Source: an uncultured Chloroflexia bacterium
GTDB taxonomy: Bacteria > Chloroflexota > Limnocylindria > Limnocylindrales > CSP1-4
Direction of reading: 5' to 3'
Length of the DNA stretch: 64,000 nucleotides
Assembly (NCBI GenBank): GCA_963766735.1
Contig: CAVYBU010000025.1
Coordinates: 67,227 to 131,226 of the forward strand
The notes under the pieces: generated by a model
What the model saw: only the letters and a program-made list of their open reading frames with translations
What the model was told of the DNA's origin: nothing
Database searches by the model: none
In this document: one piece after another, positions 22,169 through 31,073 of the stretch
Numbering within the stretch: the first letter of the stretch is position 1
Layout of the letters: each line of letters begins with the position of its first letter
Made by a program: the position numbers and the translations under genes

Positions 22169-23104
22169 TCAGGCCTCCTCGACCGACGGACCGAGGTAGA
22201 GCACACGGGGTTTCGTGCCGTACTCGGGGTGGAGCATCTGGGGGTCCTGCTCGCGCAGGATCTGCGCGACCTCGCTGGTCTCGTCCGCCGCGTCGCCGAA
22301 CTTGCGGGAACCGACGGGGCAGATCTCGACGCAGGCAGGGAGCTGGCCCTGGTTGATGCGGTGGTAGCACCAGGTGCACTTGTCGGCGACACCGGGCGTC
22401 GTCTCGTCCTCGGCGCCGGCCTCGGCCGGCACCAGGTAGCGGGCCCCGTACGGGCAGGCGACGATGCAGTACCCGCAGCCGATGCACCGGCGGGCGTCCA
22501 CCAGGATCACCCCGTCATCGGTGTGGTACGTGGCGCCGACCGGGCACACGGAGGTGCACGGGGAGTCCTCGCACTGCATGCACAGGCGCGGCTGGAAGTG
22601 CGAGGCCTCAACGGCCTTGCCGGCGGCACCGGGCGCGGTGGACTCGGCCGGGAAGCCGTCGATGCCACCGTGCGGGGAGTCCACGTACAGGGTTCCGTCG
22701 GTGGTCGTGGTGTGGCGCTCCACCCAGGTCCGGGTGAAGACCGGCTCCTCGACGACGTGGTTCTCTTCCTTGCACGCGACCACGCACAGGCCGCAGCCGA
22801 TGCACGTCGCGGTGTCCACCACGAACGTCCACTGCTTGCTCGCGGGGTCGTAGGTGGGGACGATCGGGCTGACCGCCTCGCTGTCGTCGGCGAACACCGG
22901 GATGAAGCGCGCGAGCGCCACGGCGCCGACGAGGCCGCCCGCGACCGCGAGGCCGAAGCCGAGGAAGGCGCGGCGGCTCGTCGACACGACCGAGATGGCC
23001 GGGGCGAGCTCGGTCAGCGGGACGAGCGAGTCGCGATCCGGCGCCTCCGCCGGGGTGGGTGCAACGGGAGCCGCCGGGGCCCCGTCGTTCAGCGGTTCGC
23101 TCAT
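22169..23104 (-). CDS. NrfC/DsrO-like 4x[4Fe-4S] ferredoxin subunit with Tat signal
   Basis: SRRAFL twin-arginine motif; CIGCGLCVVAC, CMQCEDSPCTSVCP, CIGCGYCIVACP, KCTWC...PACVEICP. Confidence 0.92.
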   Translation of the reverse strand: MSEPLNDGAPAAPVAPTPAEAPDRDSLVPLTELAPAISVVSTSRRAFLGFGLAVAGGLVGAVALARFIPVFADDSEAVSPIVPTYDPASKQWTFVVDTATCIGCGLCVVACKEENHVVEEPVFTRTWVERHTTTTDGTLYVDSPHGGIDGFPAESTAPGAAGKAVEASHFQPRLCMQCEDSPCTSVCPVGATYHTDDGVILVDARRCIGCGYCIVACPYGARYLVPAEAGAEDETTPGVADKCTWCYHRINQGQLPACVEICPVGSRKFGDAADETSEVAQILREQDPQMLHPEYGTKPRVLYLGPSVEEA

Positions 23105-23790
23105 GATGCTCCACCGGTGTCGTCGGCCGGGCCGCGGCCCGGTGCGTGGCAGTCGAGGCACGGCTTGTCATCGGACGTGCCGGCCGGATGGCGCTGGACG
23201 CGGTGCTTGAAGCCCTCGGGCCCGTGGCACACGAGGCACGGAGGCAGCTTCTCCAGGGGATGCTCCACCACGGGCGGCCGGTTGGCGACGCCGGTGTGCG
23301 GGTCGTGGCAGGCGAGGCAGGTCGACACGTAGTGCTCGGTGGGGATGATCCCGCGGAGACCCTCCGGGCGGCCAGTGGCCTGGACGTGGCAGCGGATGCA
23401 GACCTCGTCGGTCGGGACCGCGATCTTCACCGTATCGCCGCCGGGAGCCTCGCTCTCCAGCGTGTGCTCGAGCAGGGCTCCGTGGCAGCTCTGGCAGCCG
23501 ATGCCGACGTGGCTCTTGCTGACCAGCTTCTTGGCCTGCGGCTCGTGGCACTCCGCGCAGGTGGAGGAGCTGGCAAAGGTGAGCTCGCGGGCGGCGGTCA
23601 GCTTCGCGTCGACGTCCCGGTGGAGCGAGAAGTCGAGGTACGGGGACCAGGCCATGGCCGCGCCGACGAACAGGCCGACGGACAGGACGCCGGCGCCGGC
23701 GATGATGCCGGCCGTGGCGAGGACGGCGCCACGGCGGGTGCGCGGCCTGACCGAGACCCAGAAGCGGCGGGGCCGCAGCGACGTCTTCAC
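23101..23790 (-). CDS. Membrane-anchored hexaheme cytochrome c
   Basis: N-terminal TM; six CxxCH motifs (CAECH, CQSCH, CIRCH, CLACH, CLVCH, CLDCH). Confidence 0.88.
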   Translation of the reverse strand: MKTSLRPRRFWVSVRPRTRRGAVLATAGIIAGAGVLSVGLFVGAAMAWSPYLDFSLHRDVDAKLTAARELTFASSSTCAECHEPQAKKLVSKSHVGIGCQSCHGALLEHTLESEAPGGDTVKIAVPTDEVCIRCHVQATGRPEGLRGIIPTEHYVSTCLACHDPHTGVANRPPVVEHPLEKLPPCLVCHGPEGFKHRVQRHPAGTSDDKPCLDCHAPGRGPADDTGGAS

Positions 23791-24503
23791 AGTGTGGAGG
23801 CGTTCAGCAGACCGCGGCGGACCGTGTAGCGGAGGAGCTCGACCCGGTCGTGCAGGTCAAGCTTCTCCATCAGGTTCGCGCGGTTGTAGTGGACGGTCTG
23901 CTCGGACAGGCGCAGCGAGCGGGCGATATCCCGGTTGGTGTGCCCCATCGCTGCCAGGAGAAGGATCTGGCGCTCACGGTCCGACAGCGTCTCGTACGGG
24001 TCGTCGATCCCGGCGTCCGGGCTGCGTCGCACGTAGGTGTTGATCATCCGGGTGACGATCGCGGGGCTCACATAGGTGTGGCCGGCTGCGACGCTGCGGA
24101 CGGCAGCCACGACGTCGGTGCCCTGGGCCTCGCGGGTGAGGAACCCGTTGGCGCCGGCCTTGAGCGCGAGCGAGAACTGCTCGGTGGCACAGCGGCAGTC
24201 GAGAGCGATGATCTTCGCGTGCGGGCAGGCCGTGCGGAACGCTTCGATGGCCTCGTAGGTCCCGCAGCCAAAGCCGCCGATGCCCTCGCACTCCATGACG
24301 ATGACATCGGCGTTGCTGGCACGGGCGTCGTCGGCGATGGACTCGCGCGCGGTGGCCTCGGCAACGACGCCCATGTCGCGCTCCTGGTCGATCACGTCCC
24401 GGAACGCCGTGCTGAGCATCGGGAAGTCGACGATCGCGAGCATGACCCCAAGACGGGTCGTCTCAGCGACACCGTCGGCCTTCGTGTCGCGGGTGGTCGT
24501 CAT
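23787..24503 (-). CDS. NarL/LuxR-family response regulator with atypical Cys-rich receiver
   Basis: LSDRERQILLLAAMGHTNRDIA...LSEQTV LuxR HTH; receiver reads DVIVMECEG where DVVLMD is canonical. Confidence 0.88.
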   Translation of the reverse strand: MTTTRDTKADGVAETTRLGVMLAIVDFPMLSTAFRDVIDQERDMGVVAEATARESIADDARASNADVIVMECEGIGGFGCGTYEAIEAFRTACPHAKIIALDCRCATEQFSLALKAGANGFLTREAQGTDVVAAVRSVAAGHTYVSPAIVTRMINTYVRRSPDAGIDDPYETLSDRERQILLLAAMGHTNRDIARSLRLSEQTVHYNRANLMEKLDLHDRVELLRYTVRRGLLNASTL

Positions 24504-24517
24504 CGGATATCCGCCGC

Positions 24518-24889
24518 TCAGCGCGGCTGGGACCCGTGGTTCGGCTGATTGCCCGTGCCCTTCTGGTCCGCGGTATCCTCGCGGCCGTGATGGCGCACGA
24601 CCGCGGCCCAGCCGAACGGCATCGCCAGCATGAACACCGTCACGAACGCGGCGCCGGCGATGGCCGCCGGGGTGCCCAGCGTGAACAGCAGGATGTGGAT
24701 GCCGACGAAGGCGATCCCCGACCCGCACCAGAGGGTGAGCGTGACGAGCCCGAGCCAGGCGGCGATTCGTGCGCCCCGGCCGCCCTTGGACCCGTACGCG
24801 AACCAGATGATCAACCCGACGATGCCCTCGACGAGGATCAACATCGGGACGATCAGTGCGATGTCCTCGGTGATTTCTGCGATCTGCAT
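24518..24889 (-). CDS. Small 3-TM membrane protein, first gene of the cytochrome/NrfCD operon
   Basis: GGAG RBS, three hydrophobic segments, 14 nt gap to the regulator. Confidence 0.7.
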   Translation of the reverse strand: MQIAEITEDIALIVPMLILVEGIVGLIIWFAYGSKGGRGARIAAWLGLVTLTLWCGSGIAFVGIHILLFTLGTPAAIAGAAFVTVFMLAMPFGWAAVVRHHGREDTADQKGTGNQPNHGSQPR

Positions 24890-25054
24890 GTGCAACGCTC
24901 CACCGCTATCGACACTGAGACCGGTCGATGTCAGTGATCGTCGCCCTGAACAGGGGCGCCCGGACAGACACGTGGGCGTCGAGACGAACCTGCGTGGGTG
25001 CCTAACCTGAACGACGGTTGGCGACATTTCGGCGACGGAGGTGGGTATCGAATG

Positions 25055-25113
25055 CCGACGGCCGTCGGAATCGCACCCCACGCGCGTCGGAATCGCCCCC
25101 ATGGCCGTCGGAG
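25055..25113. promoter_or_regulatory. Putative operator array upstream of the cytochrome operon
   Basis: cgtcggaatcgc(a)cccca at 25063 and 25085, partial cgtcgga at 25106; palindrome ccgacggccgtcgg at 25055-25068. Confidence 0.5.
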
Positions 25114-25175
25114 CCCGTGCTCACGACAGCCCTTGGGCGCCTTCGTTTCGGGCTCACGACGCGAACCCGCCATCG

Positions 25176-26240
25176 TCAGGCGGGCAGGGTCACCCAGAAC
25201 GTGGTCCGGCCGTCTTCGGAGGCAACGCCCACCTGGCCGCCGGCCCCTTCGACGAGCTGCCGGACGATCGTGAGGCCGATGCCGGCCCCGCCTTGCGCCC
25301 GGTCGCGGGACTTCTCGACGCGATAGAACCGCTCCCACACTCGAGGGAGATCCCCGGGCGGGATCGCGGGGCCCGTGTTCATCACGCGGACGCGGACGCC
25401 GGCCGTCACCCGGTCCGCGGTCACCCGGACATCGCCGCCTTCGGGGGTGTATCTCTGGGCGTTCTGGAGAAGGTTGGCCATCACCTGGGTCAGCTCGTCC
25501 GGACGCGCCCGCGCGACGAGGCCCCCTGGCGCGTCAATGGCCAGCGAGATCCGCCTCCGCGCCAGCGCGGGCGCCACCAGGTCCGCGGCCGTTCGAACTG
25601 CGACCCCCACGTCCACGTCGCGGGCCGCATCGCGCGCATCACCGGCGCCTGACAGGACGTCCAGCGACGCCGCCAGCCGCGTCAGCCGGTCGACCTCCTC
25701 CCGCAACGAGTCAAAGGTGGCCGGATCCGGGGGCAGCACGCCGTCCCGGAGCGCCTCGAGGTAGCCCTGCAGGTTGGTCAGCGGCGTCCGCAGCTCGTGC
25801 GACGCGTTGACGATGAACTCCCGGCGGATCGCCTCCTGCTCGGCCAGGCGTTCCGCCATCCTGTTGTAGGCAACCGCCAGCGCCCTGAGCTCCGCCGGCC
25901 CCGTCTCCGGGACGCGGGCGTCAAGGTCTCCGGCCGCGATCCGGCCCGCTCCCTCGGCAAGGCGTTCGACCGGCCGCGCAAGGCGCCGGGCGAGCAGCAT
26001 CGCGAGCGCGGTCGCCGCCACCGCCGCGAGGGCCGCCGCCAGCGCGAACACGGCTGTGACGCTGGAATCGAACATCTCCCGGGCGTGATCGGCGCTGTCG
26101 CCGGCGGCCATCATCAGGGTGGCGAACGCGTCTCCGCCCACGCGAAGGACTCCCGCCGCCACCACGACCAGCGCCACGCCGGCCACCGCCATCGCGGCCA
26201 GGAGGAACCGCGTCGCGAAGCGGTCCGGCCCCCGGTTCAT
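25176..26240 (-). CDS. HAMP-domain sensor histidine kinase (BaeS/CopS-like)
   Basis: Two TM helices, HAMP, ASHELRTPL, NLLQNA, FYRVEKSR, GAGIGL. Confidence 0.93.
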   Translation of the reverse strand: MNRGPDRFATRFLLAAMAVAGVALVVVAAGVLRVGGDAFATLMMAAGDSADHAREMFDSSVTAVFALAAALAAVAATALAMLLARRLARPVERLAEGAGRIAAGDLDARVPETGPAELRALAVAYNRMAERLAEQEAIRREFIVNASHELRTPLTNLQGYLEALRDGVLPPDPATFDSLREEVDRLTRLAASLDVLSGAGDARDAARDVDVGVAVRTAADLVAPALARRRISLAIDAPGGLVARARPDELTQVMANLLQNAQRYTPEGGDVRVTADRVTAGVRVRVMNTGPAIPPGDLPRVWERFYRVEKSRDRAQGGAGIGLTIVRQLVEGAGGQVGVASEDGRTTFWVTLPA

Positions 26241-26977
26241 CGGGTGGCCGCCGACCGCTCGACGGGCATCGCGGCACGGTAGCCGACGCCGCGCACCGTG
26301 GCGATGTACCGGGGCTCGCCGGCGTCGTCGCCCAGCTTCTCCCGCAGGCGCTTGACGTACTGGTCGATCGCCCGGTCAAGCACGTCCCCTTCGCCGCCAC
26401 CGTGGATCGCATCGAGCAGCTGGTCTCGGGAGAGGACACGGCCCCCGGCCTCGAGCAGGGCCGTGAGCAGGCGGAGCTCGAGCGCGCTGAGCGGGACGAC
26501 CTGCCCTTCGACCGTGACGGTGTGGCGCCCGGGGTCCAGGACGAGGGCGCCCATCGCCAGGACGGAACCGGGCCGCGCCTCGGCTCGCTCGGTCCGGCGG
26601 AGGATCGTCCGCACGCGCGTGACCAGCTCCGCCGGCGAGAACGGCTTGGGCAGGTAGTCATCGGCGCCCTCGCTCAACCCCAGGATCCGGTCGCCGACGC
26701 CCGCGCGGGCCGACAGCACGAGGATCGGGACCTCGCCCAGCTCACGCGCCCGGCGGATCACCGTGAGCCCGTCGATCTCCGGGATCATCAGGTCCAGGAC
26801 GACGAGGCGGGGCGTGTCCTCCTCGATCGCGCGGAGGGCGGATCGCCCGTTCGTTGCCGTCACGACGGTGAACCGCTCGCGCTCGAGGTAGGTGCGGACC
26901 AGCGCGACGATCTTGGGATCGTCGTCGACGACGAGGATCGGGGCCGAGGGGGGCGGGGTGGGCACGAAGGGCATCAT
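26237..26977 (-). CDS. OmpR-family response regulator
   Basis: ILVVDDD, LDLMIP, GADDYLPKPF, IATVRGVGY. Confidence 0.93.
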   Translation of the reverse strand: MMPFVPTPPPSAPILVVDDDPKIVALVRTYLERERFTVVTATNGRSALRAIEEDTPRLVVLDLMIPEIDGLTVIRRARELGEVPILVLSARAGVGDRILGLSEGADDYLPKPFSPAELVTRVRTILRRTERAEARPGSVLAMGALVLDPGRHTVTVEGQVVPLSALELRLLTALLEAGGRVLSRDQLLDAIHGGGEGDVLDRAIDQYVKRLREKLGDDAGEPRYIATVRGVGYRAAMPVERSAATR

Positions 26978-27001
26978 GGCGCCCCGAAGCGTCGGCGACA
27001 A

Positions 27002-27021
27002 CCATGACGGGTCCGTGACGG
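27002..27021. promoter_or_regulatory. Putative OmpR-type tandem box
   Basis: ccatgacgg and ccgtgacgg, 11 bp apart, between divergent regulator and secreted-protein genes. Confidence 0.4.
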
Positions 27022-27126
27022 CGGGTCATCTGTGCGTCGCGCCCCGCCGCGACAGTGCGGCCAGCCCCGGATTGCCGGGACGGCCGGCCGGTCGGCCCAC
27101 CCACCGGCGCACGCGGAGAACCACCC

Positions 27127-27540
27127 ATGTACCGACGTCTCGTCTCCGGCATCGCCGCCGCCGCGATGCTCCTCTCCATCGCCGCAACCTCCGTCGCGGC
27201 CGGCGGGCCGCCGGCGCTCGCGTTCTACGTGGACGGCGCCCAGTACCGGACCGTCGGCACCCCAACCGACTTCAGCCGCACGGGCGCCCCGGCGTCGTCA
27301 TACGACCGCATCTACGTGCTCGGCGGTGACCTCGTCAACGTGGCCGACGCCAAGCCCGGCGACCGCGACTTCAATGGCGGCCGCTGGATGGTCCTGCCGG
27401 TCACCTGGCACGTCGCACCGGTCCAGCTCACCAGCGCAGAGCAGGTGGAGGCCCTGGACGCGAACGGATCGCTGAGCATCGCGGATGCGCCGGTGAAGCT
27501 GTTCGAGTGCCCCGTCATCCCGGTCGGCGGCCGCCGCTGA
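27127..27540 (+). CDS. Secreted hypothetical protein
   Basis: GGAG RBS, Sec signal MYRRLVSGIAAAAMLLSIAATSVAA; PGDRDFNGGRW, FECP. Confidence 0.75.
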   Translation: MYRRLVSGIAAAAMLLSIAATSVAAGGPPALAFYVDGAQYRTVGTPTDFSRTGAPASSYDRIYVLGGDLVNVADAKPGDRDFNGGRWMVLPVTWHVAPVQLTSAEQVEALDANGSLSIADAPVKLFECPVIPVGGRR

Positions 27541-27550
27541 TCCTGGCCCG

Positions 27551-27578
27551 GGTGCGGGGTCGTCGCCGGCCCCGCACC
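27551..27578. terminator. Hairpin between convergent genes
   Basis: ggtgcggggtcg-tcgc-cggccccgcacc. Confidence 0.55.
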
Positions 27579-27607
27579 GACCCGGCGGTCGTCGCCGGCC
27601 CCCGGGT

Positions 27608-28606
27608 CTAACGCTGCAGTGTCTCGCCGCGGTCGAGCCGGATCACCCGCCGGTCGGTCACGATCGCGGTGATCAGCGAGGCCGGCGTGACGTCGAACGC
27701 CGGGTTGAGGACGCGGGTCCCGGGCGGAGCGCTCCGGACGCCGCGGAACGACGTCACCTCATCCGCGCCGCGCTCCTCTATCTCGATGTCCGCTCCGCAG
27801 GCGGTTGCCATGTCCATCGATGACTCCGGCGCCACGACCAGGAACGGGACCCCGGCGTGGCGAGCCGCAAGGGCGAGCGAGAGGGAGCCCACCTTGTTCG
27901 CGGTGTCACCACTCCGGGTGACGCGGTCGGCGCCGATCAGGACGACGTCCGCCAGGCCGCGGGCGAGGACCGAGGCGGCCGCCGAATCGACCAGCAGCCG
28001 AAATGGCGCACCCATGCCGGCCAGCTCCCAGGCGGTGAGTCGCGCGCCCTGGAGCAACGGCCGCGTCTCGAGCGGCAGCGCCTCCTCGAGCAGGCCGCGC
28101 GCGTGCAGCTCGCCGATCACGCCCAGGGCGGTCCCACGCTCCACGGCCGCGAGGGCACCCGTGTTGCAGATGGTCATGGCGCGGACGAGGGGCCGTGGAA
28201 CCAGCTCGCGGACAAGGTCGGCTCCCAGCGAAGCCATCGAGGCAGACGCGGCGATGTCCTCGTCCCGGATGCGGAGCGCCTCGTCCAGCACGGCCGCCGG
28301 TCCCGCCTGCAGGCAGGCGAGGGCGCGATCCACGCCCCAGGCCAGGTTGACCGCGGTGGGCCTGGCGGCACGCAGGCGGACGGCCCCGGCCCGGACGGCC
28401 GCCTCGTCCCCCGGGTTCGCCGCCGCGAGCAGCGCCACGCCTAGCGCGCCGGCCACGCCCAGCGCCGGTGCGCCGCGGACCGCCAGTCGCGCGATGGCAT
28501 CGATCAGCGAATCCACCGAGCCGATGCGCAGGACGACGAGATCGTCGGGGAGGCGGGCCTGGTCGATGAGGCGGACCTCGCCGTCGACCCAGTCGATCGT
28601 TCGCAT
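27608..28606 (-). CDS. mtnA: S-methyl-5-thioribose-1-phosphate isomerase
   Basis: VRGAPALG, RPTAVNL, TICNTGALA, ETRPLLQGARLTAWEL, GADR...ANKVG, NPAFDVTP. Confidence 0.93.
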   Translation of the reverse strand: MRTIDWVDGEVRLIDQARLPDDLVVLRIGSVDSLIDAIARLAVRGAPALGVAGALGVALLAAANPGDEAAVRAGAVRLRAARPTAVNLAWGVDRALACLQAGPAAVLDEALRIRDEDIAASASMASLGADLVRELVPRPLVRAMTICNTGALAAVERGTALGVIGELHARGLLEEALPLETRPLLQGARLTAWELAGMGAPFRLLVDSAAASVLARGLADVVLIGADRVTRSGDTANKVGSLSLALAARHAGVPFLVVAPESSMDMATACGADIEIEERGADEVTSFRGVRSAPPGTRVLNPAFDVTPASLITAIVTDRRVIRLDRGETLQR

Positions 28607-28675
28607 GACCAGTTGATCTTCGCAGGTGCGGCCACGGGATCGGGGGGGGCCGCGCGGAAGAGCTCAGGATCGGCG

Positions 28676-28945
28676 TCAGGCTGCCTCTGCCGGGACCGGA
28701 ACGACGTCGGCCGCCGGGTCCCGCCGCTCGACGACCAGCGCGGCCTCCAGCACCGCGATCCCGCCCACCATCTCGTTCAGGGTCGGGACCTGGGCGAGCA
28801 CCAGCCCGGCCACGACGACCGCCGTCACGGGCTCCATCAGCATCAGGACGGCTGCGCGGGTGCTGCCGATCACACGGACGCCGCTGATCACCCAGACCCT
28901 GGGGAAGGCCGCCCCCATCGTCCCGGCAAAGATGATCGCCGCCCA
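28676..28945 (-). pseudogene. 3' fragment of EamA/DMT transporter, diverged copy of 31074-31343
   Basis: WAAIIFAGTMGAAFPRVWVISGVRVIGSTRAAVLMLMEPVTAVVVAGLVLAQ is nearly identical to the C-terminus of the intact EamA gene. Confidence 0.85.
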
Positions 28946-29316
28946 CCGCAACCGACGGCACGCAGACGAGGACGGCGATCAGCGACGTTGCCATCGGTCC
29001 CGTCGCGTTCGCACTGTTCCTGATCATGATCGGCCTGATCTGCGGTGTGGCAGGAAGCGTCAACCTCGCTGACCCCTCCGGCCGTCCGGACGCCGTGGAT
29101 GAAGCCATCGCTCGTCGAGTGGGACCTCACCGGAGATGAGGACAGCGGCTTCGGCGCCGTCGTGTTTCTGTCGGCGACGCCTATCCGGATCGTCAAGGAC
29201 TTCGACCCGACGTACTCGAAGGTGGCGACCACTCGATTGAGCGCGAATTGCGCCGTCGCGATGCCTCTCTCGAACCCGACGCACACAAAGGAGGCCCTCC
29301 ATAATGGACTGAGGTC

Positions 29317-30921
29317 ATGGACGCAGCCCTTCTCGCGACCTCATTCCTCCTCGGCTTTGCCGCGAAGCGATTCGGCCTGCCCCCACTCGTCGGCTACCTC
29401 GCCGCGGGATTCGTCCTCCACTCCTTCGGCTACGAGGTCACCGAGACGATCGAGGTCGTCTCCGAGGTCGGGATCCTCCTCCTGCTCTTTGGCATCGGGT
29501 TGAAGCTTCGCCCGAAGACGCTTGCCCGCCCATCGGTCTGGGCGACGGCCACCGTGGCTGCTGTCGTGGCCACCGCGATCATGGGATCGCTGCTGCTCGC
29601 GATCGGAGCGCTGGGAATCCCGCTCGCGCGTGATCTCGATCCGGGGTCAGCAGCCCTGGTCGGCTTCGCCCTCTCATTCTCAAGCACGGTGTTCGCCGTC
29701 CAGGCGCTCGAGAGCGCCAACGAATCCGACTCACTGGCGGGGCGCACCGCCGTTGGTGTCCTCATCCTGCAGGACATCTTCGCGGTCGCATTCCTGGTCC
29801 TGGCCGAGGGAACGTGGCCATCACCGTGGGCACTTCTCGTCATCCCGGCATTCGTTCTGCTCCGCCCGATCGCCGGTTGGTTCCTGGACCACAGCGGACA
29901 CGGCGAGGTCCTGGTGCTGTTCGGATTCACGCTCGCCATCGGAGTCGGCGCTGGGATGTTCGAGCTGCTGGACCTGAAACCCGAACTCGGAGCGCTTGTC
30001 GCGGGCCTGCTGCTGTCCGGCCATCCACGATCGGGAGAGATGGCCGACCGCCTCCTGAGCTTCAAGGACCTCTTCCTCGTCGGCTTCTTTCTGTCGATCG
30101 GGTTGGCGGGTGCCCCCTCCGCGACCGCGTGGGGGATCGGCCTGGTGATCATCCTGCTGCTCCCGGCGAAGGCGGTCGGTTTCCTCTGGCTGTTCACCAG
30201 GTTCCGCCTGAGAGCGCGCACGTCGCTTCACGCGTCTCTGAAGCTCTCGACATTCAGCGAATTCGGGCTGATCGTCGGGGCAGCGGCGCTGGCCGAGGGG
30301 TTGGTCGATCAAGTCTGGGTGTCGACGGTCGCCGTTGCAGTCGCGGGTTCATTCGTCGTCGCGTCGGTCGCCGATTCTCATCGGTACGAGTTCTATGACC
30401 GCTGGCTCGGTTGGCTCAAGAGGCTCGAGCGGCGGCCAATCCTGGCGGAGGACTCGATCCTGGACTGCGGCGATGCCAGGGTCATCGTGTTCGGCATGGG
30501 CAGGGTGGGCACCGGTGCCTACAACGAGATCGTGGAGCGGCGCGGGGCAGTCGCCGTCGGCATCGACCGTGATGCAGACCGGGTGGCGATGCACCAAGAG
30601 AACGGGAGGAACGTGGTGCGAGGTGACGCCCTCGATCGAGACTACTGGGAGCGCGTCCGCTTCCATCCCGATGTCGAACTCGTCATTGCCGCGATGAGCA
30701 ACCACGGCGCGAATTTGGAGTGTGTCCATCGCATTCGGGAGTTCCTGCCCGATGCTCGTATTGCTGCGATCGCGAGATACCCGGACCAGATTGCCGAGTT
30801 GCGCGCCGCGGGTGTCGCCGTCGCCCGCAATCTGTACGAAGAAGCCGGGCAGGCCCTCGCTGACGATGCGGCGACCCACATCCTCGGCCCGGAGGAATCA
30901 CCCAATGAGCGAACAGGCTGA
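29317..30921 (+). CDS. CPA2/Kef-type cation:proton antiporter with C-terminal TrkA-N (RCK) domain
   Basis: GLPPLVGYL, SFSSTV, LILQD, FSEFGLI, VFGMGRVG; more T-rich codons than flanking genes. Confidence 0.9.
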   Translation: MDAALLATSFLLGFAAKRFGLPPLVGYLAAGFVLHSFGYEVTETIEVVSEVGILLLLFGIGLKLRPKTLARPSVWATATVAAVVATAIMGSLLLAIGALGIPLARDLDPGSAALVGFALSFSSTVFAVQALESANESDSLAGRTAVGVLILQDIFAVAFLVLAEGTWPSPWALLVIPAFVLLRPIAGWFLDHSGHGEVLVLFGFTLAIGVGAGMFELLDLKPELGALVAGLLLSGHPRSGEMADRLLSFKDLFLVGFFLSIGLAGAPSATAWGIGLVIILLLPAKAVGFLWLFTRFRLRARTSLHASLKLSTFSEFGLIVGAAALAEGLVDQVWVSTVAVAVAGSFVVASVADSHRYEFYDRWLGWLKRLERRPILAEDSILDCGDARVIVFGMGRVGTGAYNEIVERRGAVAVGIDRDADRVAMHQENGRNVVRGDALDRDYWERVRFHPDVELVIAAMSNHGANLECVHRIREFLPDARIAAIARYPDQIAELRAAGVAVARNLYEEAGQALADDAATHILGPEESPNERTG

Positions 30922-30992
30922 ACGCCGACCGCCGCTGCGTACCCGGCGCGAGCCGCCGCCGTTCCGTCACGTGGCTGTGGTCGGTGTTGAAC

Positions 30993-31050
30993 GCCAGCTC
31001 CCACGTCGTGAGCCGCGCCCCTGGAGCAGCGGCCGCGTCTCGAGCGGCAG
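30993..31050 (-). pseudogene. 58-bp remnant of a second mtnA copy
   Basis: Matches 28020-28078 (LPLETRPLLQGARLTxWELA) with a 1-nt deletion and a few substitutions. Confidence 0.8.
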
Positions 31051-31073
31051 GCGGGGAGGCGGCCGGCACGTCG

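Noticed and set aside
28946-29300. Possible gene between the EamA fragment and the Kef antiporter
   Set aside because: Short hydrophobic stretch only, with no convincing start or family motif; perhaps another remnant
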